Shown piece by piece: positions 8,545 through 15,351 of a stretch of 45,573 nucleotides of DNA. The notes beneath the pieces were generated by a model. It was given only the letters and a program-made list of their open reading frames with translations, had not been told where the DNA came from and did not search any database. Positions within the stretch are counted from its first letter, which is position 1. Every line of letters starts with the position of its first letter. Source of the stretch: a virus; the IMG/VR virus record IMGVR_UViG_3300027365_000002; one strand, given 5' to 3'. Made by a program: the position numbers and the translations under genes.

Positions 8545-9212
8545 GCGGCAGCCCTCCCGGGCTCGACCCGCTTGAACTCGACGACCCAGACCCAGGGGTT
8601 GGCGTCCCAGGAGTCGGCGCCGTTGATGGACTGCCAGAGGAATCGGAAGGCGCGGCGCGGCTTGTCATGCCAGCTCAGTCCGGCTTCTGCGGCTTCCTGC
8701 TCCCCAGCGACGCCCTCGGCCAGCGCATCAGCTTCGCTGATCGCCTGTAACCGCTCGACGCGCACGCTGACAATCTCCAGCGTGATGCGGCTGGCCCAGC
8801 GGGGCATGTGGATGGAGGGACGCCATGGGAAGCTGCGCGCCCGGTCGAAGTTCTCGCGATATACGCAGGCCTCGTAGTCGTCAGCTGGGTTGATCTGCTG
8901 ATAGATTCCGGTGCTGCAGCGGTATGCCGGCTCAGGCACGAAAGCGTGAGCCTCTCGCACCCACAGCCGGTCGCCGGGTCGGCCGTAGGGGCAGGGCGCA
9001 AATTCGCTCAACTCTCTGGCGCAGGCTTCCTCGGTGTCGCCGCTGACACCGAAGCCCCACCGCCGGTCGCGTTGGGCGACAGCGAACCACGAACCGTCGT
9101 CCTGCTTTTTGGGTAGCTGCCACGGCTTCACTACCCGCCGCGTCTGCGTCTTGCGGCCGTCGAGCGTGGCGCGGACCATCTCGCCGGTCATGAGGATCGG
9201 ACGTTCCTGCAT
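8541..9212 (-). CDS. ASCH/PUA-like domain protein (hypothetical)
   Basis: The start was trimmed to ATG 9212 (MQERPILMTGEMVRATLDGRKTQTRRV), which has a GGAGGGA RBS. That N-terminal motif is typical of ASCH-like phage proteins. The track extension to 9776 is Arg/Pro junk overlapping rdgC. Confidence 0.6.
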   Translation of the reverse strand: MQERPILMTGEMVRATLDGRKTQTRRVVKPWQLPKKQDDGSWFAVAQRDRRWGFGVSGDTEEACARELSEFAPCPYGRPGDRLWVREAHAFVPEPAYRCSTGIYQQINPADDYEACVYRENFDRARSFPWRPSIHMPRWASRITLEIVSVRVERLQAISEADALAEGVAGEQEAAEAGLSWHDKPRRAFRFLWQSINGADSWDANPWVWVVEFKRVEPGRAAA

Positions 9213-9229
9213 GACTCCCTCCGTTGTCG

Positions 9230-10144
9230 TTATGGCGTCGCAGCCGCGGGCTGAGCCTCGCCGCCCAGGCCGTCGATGAGTTGCTCGATGCACCCGCGCA
9301 GGGCACCAGTCATCAGCGCGAAGTCGGTCTCGAGGCGCAGGGTCGGGTCGTCGCCGGTCTCGGCATCGGCGGCCTCGTCGAGAATGGCGTCGGCGAAGCG
9401 CAGCGACTTGATGGCGAGGTCGTCGTGCAGGACGCAGTGCACGCGCTCGTCGATGGTGATGGCCATGCGGGCGGCCTGGCGGCCGGCTTCCAGCGCGGCT
9501 TGAATGTCGTCGGCGTCGAGGTCCACCTGTCGGCCGGCGATCACGCTGTCGCCGGTGGTGGACTTGAGCTGCACCTGGTCGCCGATCTCCAGCCACACCG
9601 GGCGCTGGCCGGGCTGGCGCAGCCACTCGGTCATGGCGCGGGTCGGCGTCACCTTGGTGGCCAGCGGCGTGACCTTGAGCGAGCCCAGGGTCTGGCGCAG
9701 CAGGTCGAGCACGTCCTCGGCCCGGGCCCGGCTGGCGGCGTTGACGGCGATGAGCTGGCGCTCGGTGTCCCACCACAGGTCGATGCGCTGGGTGCGCAAG
9801 AAGGCGCGGGGCAGCAGTTCCTCGTACACCTGCTCCTTGATTTCCTGGCGCTCGCGCCGACGCAACGACCCGCCTTTGGCGGCGGCGCGGTCCTCGACTT
9901 CCTCGCGTACCACGGAGGCCGGAAGGATGCGTTCCTGACGCAGGGCGGAGAGCAGCCGGTGGCCGTTGATCTCGTGGACGAGCCGCTGGCTGCCGCGACC
10001 GGCCGGGGCGGCCCAGCCGATGCGCTTGGCTTCGCTGCCGCCGAGAGGGCGGTAGGCCTGATCGGCCAGGCAGGCGTCCAGGTCACGGAGCGGCAGGACG
10101 GGAAGGTCGTGGACGCGGTAAAGGTGGAGGGTCTTGAACCACAT
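9230..10144 (-). CDS. rdgC: Recombination-associated protein RdgC homologue
   Basis: 304 aa, collinear with E. coli RdgC: MWFK.L..YR at the N-terminus, LLPRAF, SLGSLKV.PL, TEWL, and C-terminal LMTG.L...I..LI.GLGGE. Confidence 0.9.
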   Translation of the reverse strand: MWFKTLHLYRVHDLPVLPLRDLDACLADQAYRPLGGSEAKRIGWAAPAGRGSQRLVHEINGHRLLSALRQERILPASVVREEVEDRAAAKGGSLRRRERQEIKEQVYEELLPRAFLRTQRIDLWWDTERQLIAVNAASRARAEDVLDLLRQTLGSLKVTPLATKVTPTRAMTEWLRQPGQRPVWLEIGDQVQLKSTTGDSVIAGRQVDLDADDIQAALEAGRQAARMAITIDERVHCVLHDDLAIKSLRFADAILDEAADAETGDDPTLRLETDFALMTGALRGCIEQLIDGLGGEAQPAAATP

Positions 10145-10155
10145 GAGCGGTCTCC

Positions 10156-10497
10156 TTACGACGCGGCGACAGCCTCGTCAGGTAGTCGTGAATATCGAGT
10201 GAGGTGATTCTCGAGCTGGTCGCCGACACGCTTTAGGCGTTCGATTGCCCTACCGGCGTCTTCGCTGTCGTCATCCGCCGCGGGGATCGAAAGCGTCTCG
10301 CGCAGCAGGATCGGCGATCGCTCTGTGGTGTTATCAACCGCCGCCAGGTCGGTCAGCGTAATGCTGAGCTCGCGGCGACGGCCGTCGAGGGTGGTATGCG
10401 TGGAGATGTCCGGGCAGCGGTCCTCGATCGCTAAGGCGAGGCGCTGGATCTGCCAGGCGGCGAGCTTGGCATTCGTGTAGTGGCTGGCTTCGATCAT
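10156..10497 (-). CDS. Hypothetical protein
   Basis: 113 aa, tightly packed in the leftward operon. Confidence 0.55.
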   Translation of the reverse strand: MIEASHYTNAKLAAWQIQRLALAIEDRCPDISTHTTLDGRRRELSITLTDLAAVDNTTERSPILLRETLSIPAADDDSEDAGRAIERLKRVGDQLENHLTRYSRLPDEAVAAS

Positions 10498-10528
10498 GGC
10501 GGTTATCCGTCTTCGGCGATGAGTGGGC

Positions 10529-11092
10529 TCAGAGTGCGCGCGTCAGCATCCGGCTGGCGGGGTTCTGCCGGACTGCCTGGATGCTGGCGGCGATACGCCG
10601 CCGGCGCTTCTCGTCTTCTTTCTGCTGCTTGACCCTCGTGCGCTCCCGCTCCTCCTGTTGGCGCTGGATCCGTGCGGCCTCCCGGCGTTCCTGGCGCTCC
10701 TGTCGGCTGGCCTCCTTCTGGCGGGCCTGTTCGGCGCGCTCTCGGCGGCGTTCCTGGCGCTGGGCCTCAACCTGCCGCGCCCTTTCTTCGCGTTCCTGTT
10801 GGCGTTGTTCGCGGGCTTCTCGCTTCGCCTGCTGTAGCCGCTGCCGATCGGCGACGTTGGCGGCAACGATGCGGGCCTTGAGCCAATCACAGGCATCCGC
10901 CGGGTCGTTGAAAGCGGCGATGTCTCCAACCGCAACGACACCTTCTCCATTCGGTCGCATGAAACCCGGGACATGCCCGGCGTCGTGCAATCCGGTATCG
11001 AGGGCCAGTACAGGAGCGATTGCCGCCTTGTCTCCCGACTGGTCTCGCCATGTCGTGACGATGTGCTGTGCGGGGCAGAGGGTTAGGCTCAT
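10529..11092 (-). CDS. Hypothetical protein with a long Arg/Glu/Gln-rich charged C-terminal helix
   Basis: The start was trimmed to ATG 11092 (MSLTLCPAQ), which has an AAGGAG RBS. The C-terminal roughly 90 aa are QRLQQAKREAREQRQQEREERARQVEAQRQERRRERAEQ... Confidence 0.6.
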   Translation of the reverse strand: MSLTLCPAQHIVTTWRDQSGDKAAIAPVLALDTGLHDAGHVPGFMRPNGEGVVAVGDIAAFNDPADACDWLKARIVAANVADRQRLQQAKREAREQRQQEREERARQVEAQRQERRRERAEQARQKEASRQERQERREAARIQRQQEERERTRVKQQKEDEKRRRRIAASIQAVRQNPASRMLTRAL

Positions 11093-11400
11093 GCGGTGCT
11101 CCTTTCGATCAGCCCCTGCCGCTGCAGAGCGAACAGGGCGTTCATGTCGTCGGCGCTGGCACGCTCGACCAGCTGGCCGCCGCGGCACCACCAGGGCCGG
11201 GGTGTGGTGACCAGGTGCTCGCCGAACTCCATGCGGGCGAGGACGTGGGCGATGTGCTGGCGCTGGTTGTATTCGGCGCTCTCGATCGCGCGGGTGGTGC
11301 TCAACTCATCATTGAGTTGAGCGAGATGGCGTTGGGCATCGGCGATCAGCTGGTGCTGGGCGGCGATGTCGGCCTCGATGGCCTGGGTGGGGCGTCGCAT
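11089..11400 (-). CDS. Hypothetical protein
   Basis: The start was trimmed to ATG 11400 (MRRPTQAIEADI), which has an AGGAGG RBS. Its stop overlaps the downstream start. Confidence 0.6.
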   Translation of the reverse strand: MRRPTQAIEADIAAQHQLIADAQRHLAQLNDELSTTRAIESAEYNQRQHIAHVLARMEFGEHLVTTPRPWWCRGGQLVERASADDMNALFALQRQGLIERSTA

Positions 11401-11410
11401 GGCTCCTCCT

Positions 11411-11436
11411 GAAAACGGCCCGGCGCTGGGCCGGGC
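11411..11436 (-). terminator. Terminator-like hairpin T1 (minus strand), 10 nt upstream of the RBS of 11089..11400
   Basis: GCCCGGC (11418-24) pairs with GCCGGGC (11430-36). On the minus strand it is followed by GTTTTC. Confidence 0.45.
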
Positions 11437-11505
11437 AAACGATCGAGACGCGATGGGTACCAGCGCACCGGTCAGCCTCGGGTGGCTCACCGCTGCACTG
11501 GTGGT

Positions 11506-11531
11506 GGAAAAAGCCCCGGCCGGAGCCGGGG
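11506..11531 (-). terminator. Rho-independent terminator T2 (minus strand)
   Basis: CCCCGGC (11514-20) pairs with GCCGGGG (11525-31). On the minus strand it is followed by CTTTTTCC. Confidence 0.65.
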
Positions 11532-11604
11532 AGTACGCAGGGAACTGAAGGGCGCTGCTGGAGAGCAGCGGGCTGGTGCCGAGGCGGCGACACCCCGCTG
11601 GTCT

Positions 11605-11633
11605 CGAAAAGGGCCCCGGCACGGGGCCGGGGC
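11605..11633 (-). terminator. Terminator-like hairpin T3 (minus strand)
   Basis: GCCCCGGC (11613-20) pairs with GCCGGGGC (11626-33). On the minus strand it is followed by CCTTTTCG. Confidence 0.55.
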
Positions 11634-11886
11634 AATGGCTGCTGAGCGAGAGCATCGCGCCGTGCGGCACGACGTGTGATGCCAGGTGGCATCGGGAAGC
11701 GCCCGCGCCCGATCTTCTTCAAGGGCTTCCGCCTAACGGCGCGGACACGGACGCTTCCCGATGGCCAGCAGATAACGCGCTGCTGGCGCCGCGTTCGGGG
11801 TCCGAATTATTAAAGAGCAACTGCATCCGTGAGCGCCCGAGCCGGACGCTTGCGGTTACAGGCCGGCGTGCGCCGCCGGCGGGCGG

Positions 11887-12177
11887 TTACTGCTTGGCCA
11901 GCTGTTCGCCAACGCCGACGGTGTAGCGCGTGGGCGGGCAGGTGCTGGCGCGGTGGTCGTAGTCCGGGTGGCCGAAGCGCTGGGCGGCCGGCACGCCCCG
12001 GGCTGCCTGGTCCTGCCACTGGGCCACGGCGTCGCAGTAGTCCGCCTGTGCGGCGCGGCGGACCTCGGCGTCGGTCGGCTGGGTGATGGCGGCGTAGCCA
12101 AGCAGCAGGGCGCCGGCGGCGGCCAGGGCGGCGAAGCCGGTGACGACCCCGGCGGATTGACGGTCGATGGCGTTCAT
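11887..12177 (-). CDS. Small membrane-anchored protein (hypothetical)
   Basis: The start was trimmed to ATG 12177 (MNAIDRQSAGVVTGFAALAAAGALLLGYAAI), which has a GGGAGG RBS. It has one N-terminal TM helix. The track extension to 12687 overlaps two better ORFs. Confidence 0.6.
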   Translation of the reverse strand: MNAIDRQSAGVVTGFAALAAAGALLLGYAAITQPTDAEVRRAAQADYCDAVAQWQDQAARGVPAAQRFGHPDYDHRASTCPPTRYTVGVGEQLAKQ

Positions 12178-12461
12178 GCGGCCTCCCGGTAGAGCGTGAT
12201 GTTGCCGTTGTGGTGGAGCTGCTCGAGCATCCAGAACAGCCAGTCGTGGGCCTCGGCGGCGGTGCGGTGCGGCTGGCAGGTGAATATCGTCACCAGGTCG
12301 CCGCCGGGGGCACGAAACGCAGGGCGGTACCCGGCGCGCGGCGAGCCGTCGACCGCCTCGATGGCCATCACCTGGACGTCCGGGTCGGTCACGCCGCCGA
12401 ACTGGGCGTGCTGGCGCCAGGCGTGGGCGATGTCGTGAACGGGGCAGGTGATGATGCTCAT
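12174..12461 (-). CDS. Hypothetical protein
   Basis: 95 aa, with start and stop overlaps on both neighbours. Confidence 0.6.
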   Translation of the reverse strand: MSIITCPVHDIAHAWRQHAQFGGVTDPDVQVMAIEAVDGSPRAGYRPAFRAPGGDLVTIFTCQPHRTAAEAHDWLFWMLEQLHHNGNITLYREAA

Positions 12462-12787
12462 GACGGCTGGCCCTCCTGGCTGTCGGCCAGCAGCTGCTCG
12501 AGGTGTCTGACGATCCTGTCGAGCTCCTCGCGGACGAGCTCATGCGCCAGGGCCTCAGTGAGATTCCCCCAGCCTGGGACGGTGATCCGGCCCAGGGTGC
12601 AGTGGAGCCGCACGCGGCCATCGGCGGGCTGCTCGCTATCGAGCCTCCGGGTGGTGACGTCCAGCACGAACAGAGCGTGGCTGACAATCAGGTCGAGATT
12701 GGCCTCGTACTTGCCGGCCAGGCCCACGTCGATGCACAGGTCGTTGATGGCGGCGATCTCGAAGCGGAGGTGGCTGGGGATTTTCAT
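12458..12787 (-). CDS. Hypothetical protein
   Basis: 109 aa, with start and stop overlaps on both neighbours. Confidence 0.6.
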   Translation of the reverse strand: MKIPSHLRFEIAAINDLCIDVGLAGKYEANLDLIVSHALFVLDVTTRRLDSEQPADGRVRLHCTLGRITVPGWGNLTEALAHELVREELDRIVRHLEQLLADSQEGQPS

Positions 12788-13170
12788 GCGGCACCCCCGG
12801 CAGCGGCGGCGATCTCACGGCGGGCCAGCTTGGTCATGGTCACGGTGCGGGTGCGCGGCTGGCGCACGCGCTGCATGTGAATCTCGGGGGCGAGGGCGCT
12901 GACGGCCATGGCGATCAGCAGCGGGGCGATCCAGCCGCGGCGGATGGCTTCTGACACGGCGGCAGTCACGCGGTAAGCGTTCAGCTTGTGGTAAGCCCTC
13001 TCCAGCCCGTGGCGCACGGTGTTGGGGCTGCGGCCGGTGGCCTTGGCGATTTCCTTGCGGGTGAGTCCGGTCGCGGCGTGCAGCAGATAGGTGGCCTCCA
13101 TCAGTGTGAAGCCGGGCGCGGCACGCTCGTCGTTGGCATAGGCTTTCCAGTTCCCCAGGGTGATTTCCAT
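12784..13170 (-). CDS. LuxR/GerE-type HTH protein followed by a hydrophobic segment; first gene of the leftward operon
   Basis: FTLMEATYLLHAATGLTRKEIAKATGRSPNTVRHGLERAYHKLN matches the LuxR C-terminal HTH pattern. It is followed by WIAPLLIAMAVSALAP. GGAGG RBS. Confidence 0.7.
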   Translation of the reverse strand: MEITLGNWKAYANDERAAPGFTLMEATYLLHAATGLTRKEIAKATGRSPNTVRHGLERAYHKLNAYRVTAAVSEAIRRGWIAPLLIAMAVSALAPEIHMQRVRQPRTRTVTMTKLARREIAAAAGGAA

Positions 13171-13206
13171 GTCTGCCTCCGAAGGGCTGCGTTGTTTGAT
13201 GGCCTA

Positions 13207-13235
13207 AATATAGGCAAGCCTATTTTATCGGTCAA
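13207..13235 (-). promoter_or_regulatory. PL-like sigma70 promoter (minus strand)
   Basis: On the minus strand: TTGACC (13235-13230), a 17-nt spacer, then TATATT (13212-13207). It lies about 35 nt upstream of the LuxR-HTH gene RBS. Confidence 0.7.
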
Positions 13236-13250
13236 CAGGAATACCTATAT
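13208..13250. promoter_or_regulatory. Two operator-like sites (OL) overlapping the PL -10 and -35
   Basis: ATATAGGcaagCCTATTT (13208-13225) and CAACAGGaataCCTATAT (13233-13250) have the same half-site as the perfect palindrome at 14646-14663. Their centres are 25 bp apart. Confidence 0.6.
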
Positions 13251-13264
13251 TTTTGATCGAGACA

Positions 13265-13290
13265 TGAAAAACCCGCCTCGATGGGCGGGT
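13265..13290 (-). terminator. Rho-independent terminator ending the cI operon (minus strand)
   Basis: ACCCGCC (13271-77) pairs with GGCGGGT (13284-90). On the minus strand it is followed by TTTTT. Confidence 0.75.
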
Positions 13291-13312
13291 CATTGGGAAC
13301 GGGGAAGGCGCG

Positions 13313-13525
13313 TCAGCTGCCGGGCAGGAAGCGCATGATGGCGAAGACCAGGCCGCCGGCCGCCAGGATCGTGCCAACGTTCCACTTGATGATGCGAGTC
13401 TCGGTGCTGGCCAGCTCCGCCTTCGTGGCGAAGGCATCCAGCTTGGTCTCTATGCGAGCCAGCGTCGACTTCATGTCGCTTATGTCACGCTCGAGATACT
13501 CAACGCGAGCTTCGATGTTGTTCAT
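13313..13525 (-). CDS. Small coiled-coil protein with a C-terminal TM helix (XhlA-like architecture)
   Basis: The start was trimmed to ATG 13525 (MNNIEARVEYLERDISDMKSTLARIETKLDAF...GTILAAGGLVFAIMRFL), which has a GGAGG RBS. 70 aa; last gene before the cI-operon terminator. Confidence 0.7.
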   Translation of the reverse strand: MNNIEARVEYLERDISDMKSTLARIETKLDAFATKAELASTETRIIKWNVGTILAAGGLVFAIMRFLPGS

Positions 13526-13617
13526 GGGTGGCTCGCCTCCGCCGCCGCCAGTGTGCCTGGGATTATAGCCTGAATGGTCGGCGATGCGTGAAACGGTGGG
13601 GAAAGAGCGCTTTTCCG

Positions 13618-13920
13618 TCATTGGTAGGCCGGGCTCCAGGGGTGGGTCTCGAGCAGCCGGACGACCTGCTCCTTCCAGTACCAGCGAACATGGCCGCAGT
13701 TGCCGCATACCGTGGTGAGGTAGATCATCGGCTTGGCGTCGGGCAGGTTGTCGACGCTCAGATGATGCTCGTAAACCCGCCCCTTGTCGTCGTTCTCCGC
13801 CGGGATGAGCATCGACTCCAGGTTGCAGATTTCGCAGTTCAGCGGAGCCGTGGCGAGGGTCAAAAACCGGTTCATCTCATAGACGGTGATGACCTTCTTA
13901 TCGTGTTCCGTGTCAGCCAT
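13618..13920 (-). CDS. Zinc-ribbon protein (CxxC...CxxC), hypothetical, immediately downstream of cI
   Basis: 100 aa with CEIC and CGNC pairs. GGAGAG RBS. The start is 22 nt after the cI stop. Confidence 0.7.
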   Translation of the reverse strand: MADTEHDKKVITVYEMNRFLTLATAPLNCEICNLESMLIPAENDDKGRVYEHHLSVDNLPDAKPMIYLTTVCGNCGHVRWYWKEQVVRLLETHPWSPAYQ

Positions 13921-13941
13921 TCCATCTCTCCATTGTGGTGG

Positions 13942-14640
13942 CTACGCCATCGCTCCGCCGCGCCACACCACCTTGCCGATGATCGGCACCTGGCAGACTG
14001 ATTCGGCGCCCAGCGCCTCATCAGGGTGGCGCGCCTTGTCAGGATTGTCGCTGGTGATGACCCATTCACCGGTAACCCGTTGGAAAAGGCGCTTGATGCT
14101 GATGCTGTTGTCGGGCCGCCGCAGTGCATAGACCGTGCCGCTGATGGGATGCACATCGTTGTGGTCGATGACCAGCACATCGCCGTCGACGATGTTGGGC
14201 TCCATGCTGTCGCCTTCGGCGTAAATGACACTGAGGTTTTCCGGCTTCAGGTGGTTCTTGTGCAACCAGGTGCGCTTGAATGCCAGCCCGCCGGTGACCT
14301 CCACATGATGGTTCAGGTAGCCATCACCGTTCGAGGCCCGAGCGCTCAGTTGGGGGATAAGCGCGTAGTCTTCCTCCGACGGCGTTCGTGGTTCGACCTG
14401 GTACTGGCCGCCAGCCTCTTGGGCTCCTGGCACCATCTCGCCTTTCCCGGTGGCCAGCCAGCGAGAGTCAACGCCGCAGGCATGCGCAATCTGAATTAGA
14501 TAAGCGCTTGAGCGCGAATCCCCCTTCTCCAGATCAGAGATCGTCGCCTGCTTTACGCCGACTGCTTTGCCCAACTGGGTTTGCGTCAGCTTTGCGTATT
14601 TCCGGGCACGCCTGACACGTTCGCCAATGCTCATACCCAT
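13942..14640 (-). CDS. cI: CI-like repressor (XRE-type HTH plus S24/LexA-like autopeptidase)
   Basis: The N-terminal IGERVRRARKYAKLTQTQLGKAVGVKQATISDLEKG is an HTH. The C-terminal GDSMEP...IKRL supplies the Ser/Lys dyad context. The start is at 14640 or 14634, abutting the operator, so the leader may be very short. The track extension to 14895 overlaps cro. Confidence 0.9.
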   Translation of the reverse strand: MGMSIGERVRRARKYAKLTQTQLGKAVGVKQATISDLEKGDSRSSAYLIQIAHACGVDSRWLATGKGEMVPGAQEAGGQYQVEPRTPSEEDYALIPQLSARASNGDGYLNHHVEVTGGLAFKRTWLHKNHLKPENLSVIYAEGDSMEPNIVDGDVLVIDHNDVHPISGTVYALRRPDNSISIKRLFQRVTGEWVITSDNPDKARHPDEALGAESVCQVPIIGKVVWRGGAMA

Positions 14641-14645
14641 GGAAG

Positions 14646-14710
14646 ATATAGGCGCTCCTATATGCTTGCAAAAAGGAGTTCCTGTAATTACTTTATAGGG
14701 ATTCCTGTTT
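14646..14710. promoter_or_regulatory. Tripartite operator (OR) between cI and cro
   Basis: ATATAGGcgctCCTATAT (14646-63) is a perfect palindrome. AAAAAGGagttCCTGTAA (14670-87) and TTATAGGgattCCTGTTT (14693-14710) are degenerate copies. Centres are 24 and 23 bp apart. Confidence 0.7.
14666..14694 (+). promoter_or_regulatory. PR-like promoter candidate
   Basis: TTGCAA (14666-71), a 17-nt spacer, then TACTTT (14689-94), upstream of cro. The -10 is weak. The TTGCAA hexamer is self-complementary and could also serve a divergent cI promoter with TATATC (14650-14645). Confidence 0.45.
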
Positions 14711-14728
14711 TCAGCGAGCGCGCAGCAC

Positions 14729-14956
14729 ATGGTCTCTCCCATCGAACGACTCATTAAGCATTTCGGCACCCAGGAAAGCGCCGCCGAGGCGCTTGGCGTG
14801 AAGCAGGGGACGGTTTCTGGCTGGGTGCGTGGCAAGCATGGCGTTTCGCCCGCAGTTGCTCTACGTGCCGAGCGGCTGACTGACGGCCGCTTCACTGCTG
14901 CGGAGCTGTGTCCCTCTGTGTTCGGTGCCGAGCAGAGCCACGCCGCCGCCGACTGA
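14729..14956 (+). CDS. cro: Cro-like regulator (YdaS/Cro HTH family)
   Basis: 75 aa, divergent from cI. The motif L..HFGTQESAAEALGVKQGTVSGWVRGKHGVSP..A...E..T.G matches the YdaS-type HTH pattern. Confidence 0.75.
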   Translation: MVSPIERLIKHFGTQESAAEALGVKQGTVSGWVRGKHGVSPAVALRAERLTDGRFTAAELCPSVFGAEQSHAAAD

Positions 14957-14965
14957 TTTCAGCTT

Positions 14966-14988
14966 ACCCCGGTTCACGGGGTTTTTCT
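14966..14988 (+). terminator. Rho-independent terminator directly after cro (tR1-like position)
   Basis: ACCCCG (14966-71), loop gttca, CGGGGT (14977-82), then a T-run TTTTTCTT that overlaps the last stem T (14982). Confidence 0.75.
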
Positions 14989-15060
14989 TCGACACTACAG
15001 GCCCTGGTTGCCCATACAGGTAAATAGAACAGCCCCGCGCAGGGGAAGGGGAACGCACTG

Positions 15061-15351
15061 ATGAAGAACGTCACGCCCGACTACACCGCCTGGCAATACA
15101 TCGACCTGATCGCCGAGACGCACCGGCTGGCGCTGCAAGCCGACCGCGCGTCGGAGACCGGCAACGCCGCCGCCTTCCACCGCCACAGCGAGCACTACCA
15201 CCTGGCCCAGGCCGCGCTGATCGTGCTGGCCACGAAGGGCAAGGGCAACGACGCCCGGCAGACCGCGCAGGCCAGCATCAAACATCACCGCACCCGGGCG
15301 GCCCGCCACCGCGCGGCGCGGCTGGGCACGGGCGAGGCGGTGCCGGCATGA
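15061..15351 (+). CDS. Hypothetical protein (cII position)
   Basis: 96 aa, the first ORF after the cro terminator. Its stop overlaps the next start (ATGA). Confidence 0.55.
   Translation: MKNVTPDYTAWQYIDLIAETHRLALQADRASETGNAAAFHRHSEHYHLAQAALIVLATKGKGNDARQTAQASIKHHRTRAARHRAARLGTGEAVPA

Noticed and set aside
8541-9776. A 411-aa version of the ASCH-like ORF, with similar long N-terminal extensions at 11887..12687, 11089..11670, 10529..11191, 13313..13708, 13942..14895, 15424..16620, 17528..18238, 17974..18513, 19534..20217 and 33194..34906.
   Set aside because: The extensions are Arg/Pro/Gly-rich, overlap better upstream genes or operators, and lack an RBS. Internal ATG or GTG starts with good Shine-Dalgarno sequences and stop/start coupling give compact, sensible genes.
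10523-10837. A plus-strand Leu-rich, membrane-like ORF (10523..10837) and other plus ORFs across 10581..11210.
   Set aside because: They are antisense to the Arg/Glu/Gln-rich charged helix of 10529..11092 (GAG/CGC codons read as Leu/Ala on the other strand). They also run against the direction of the operon.
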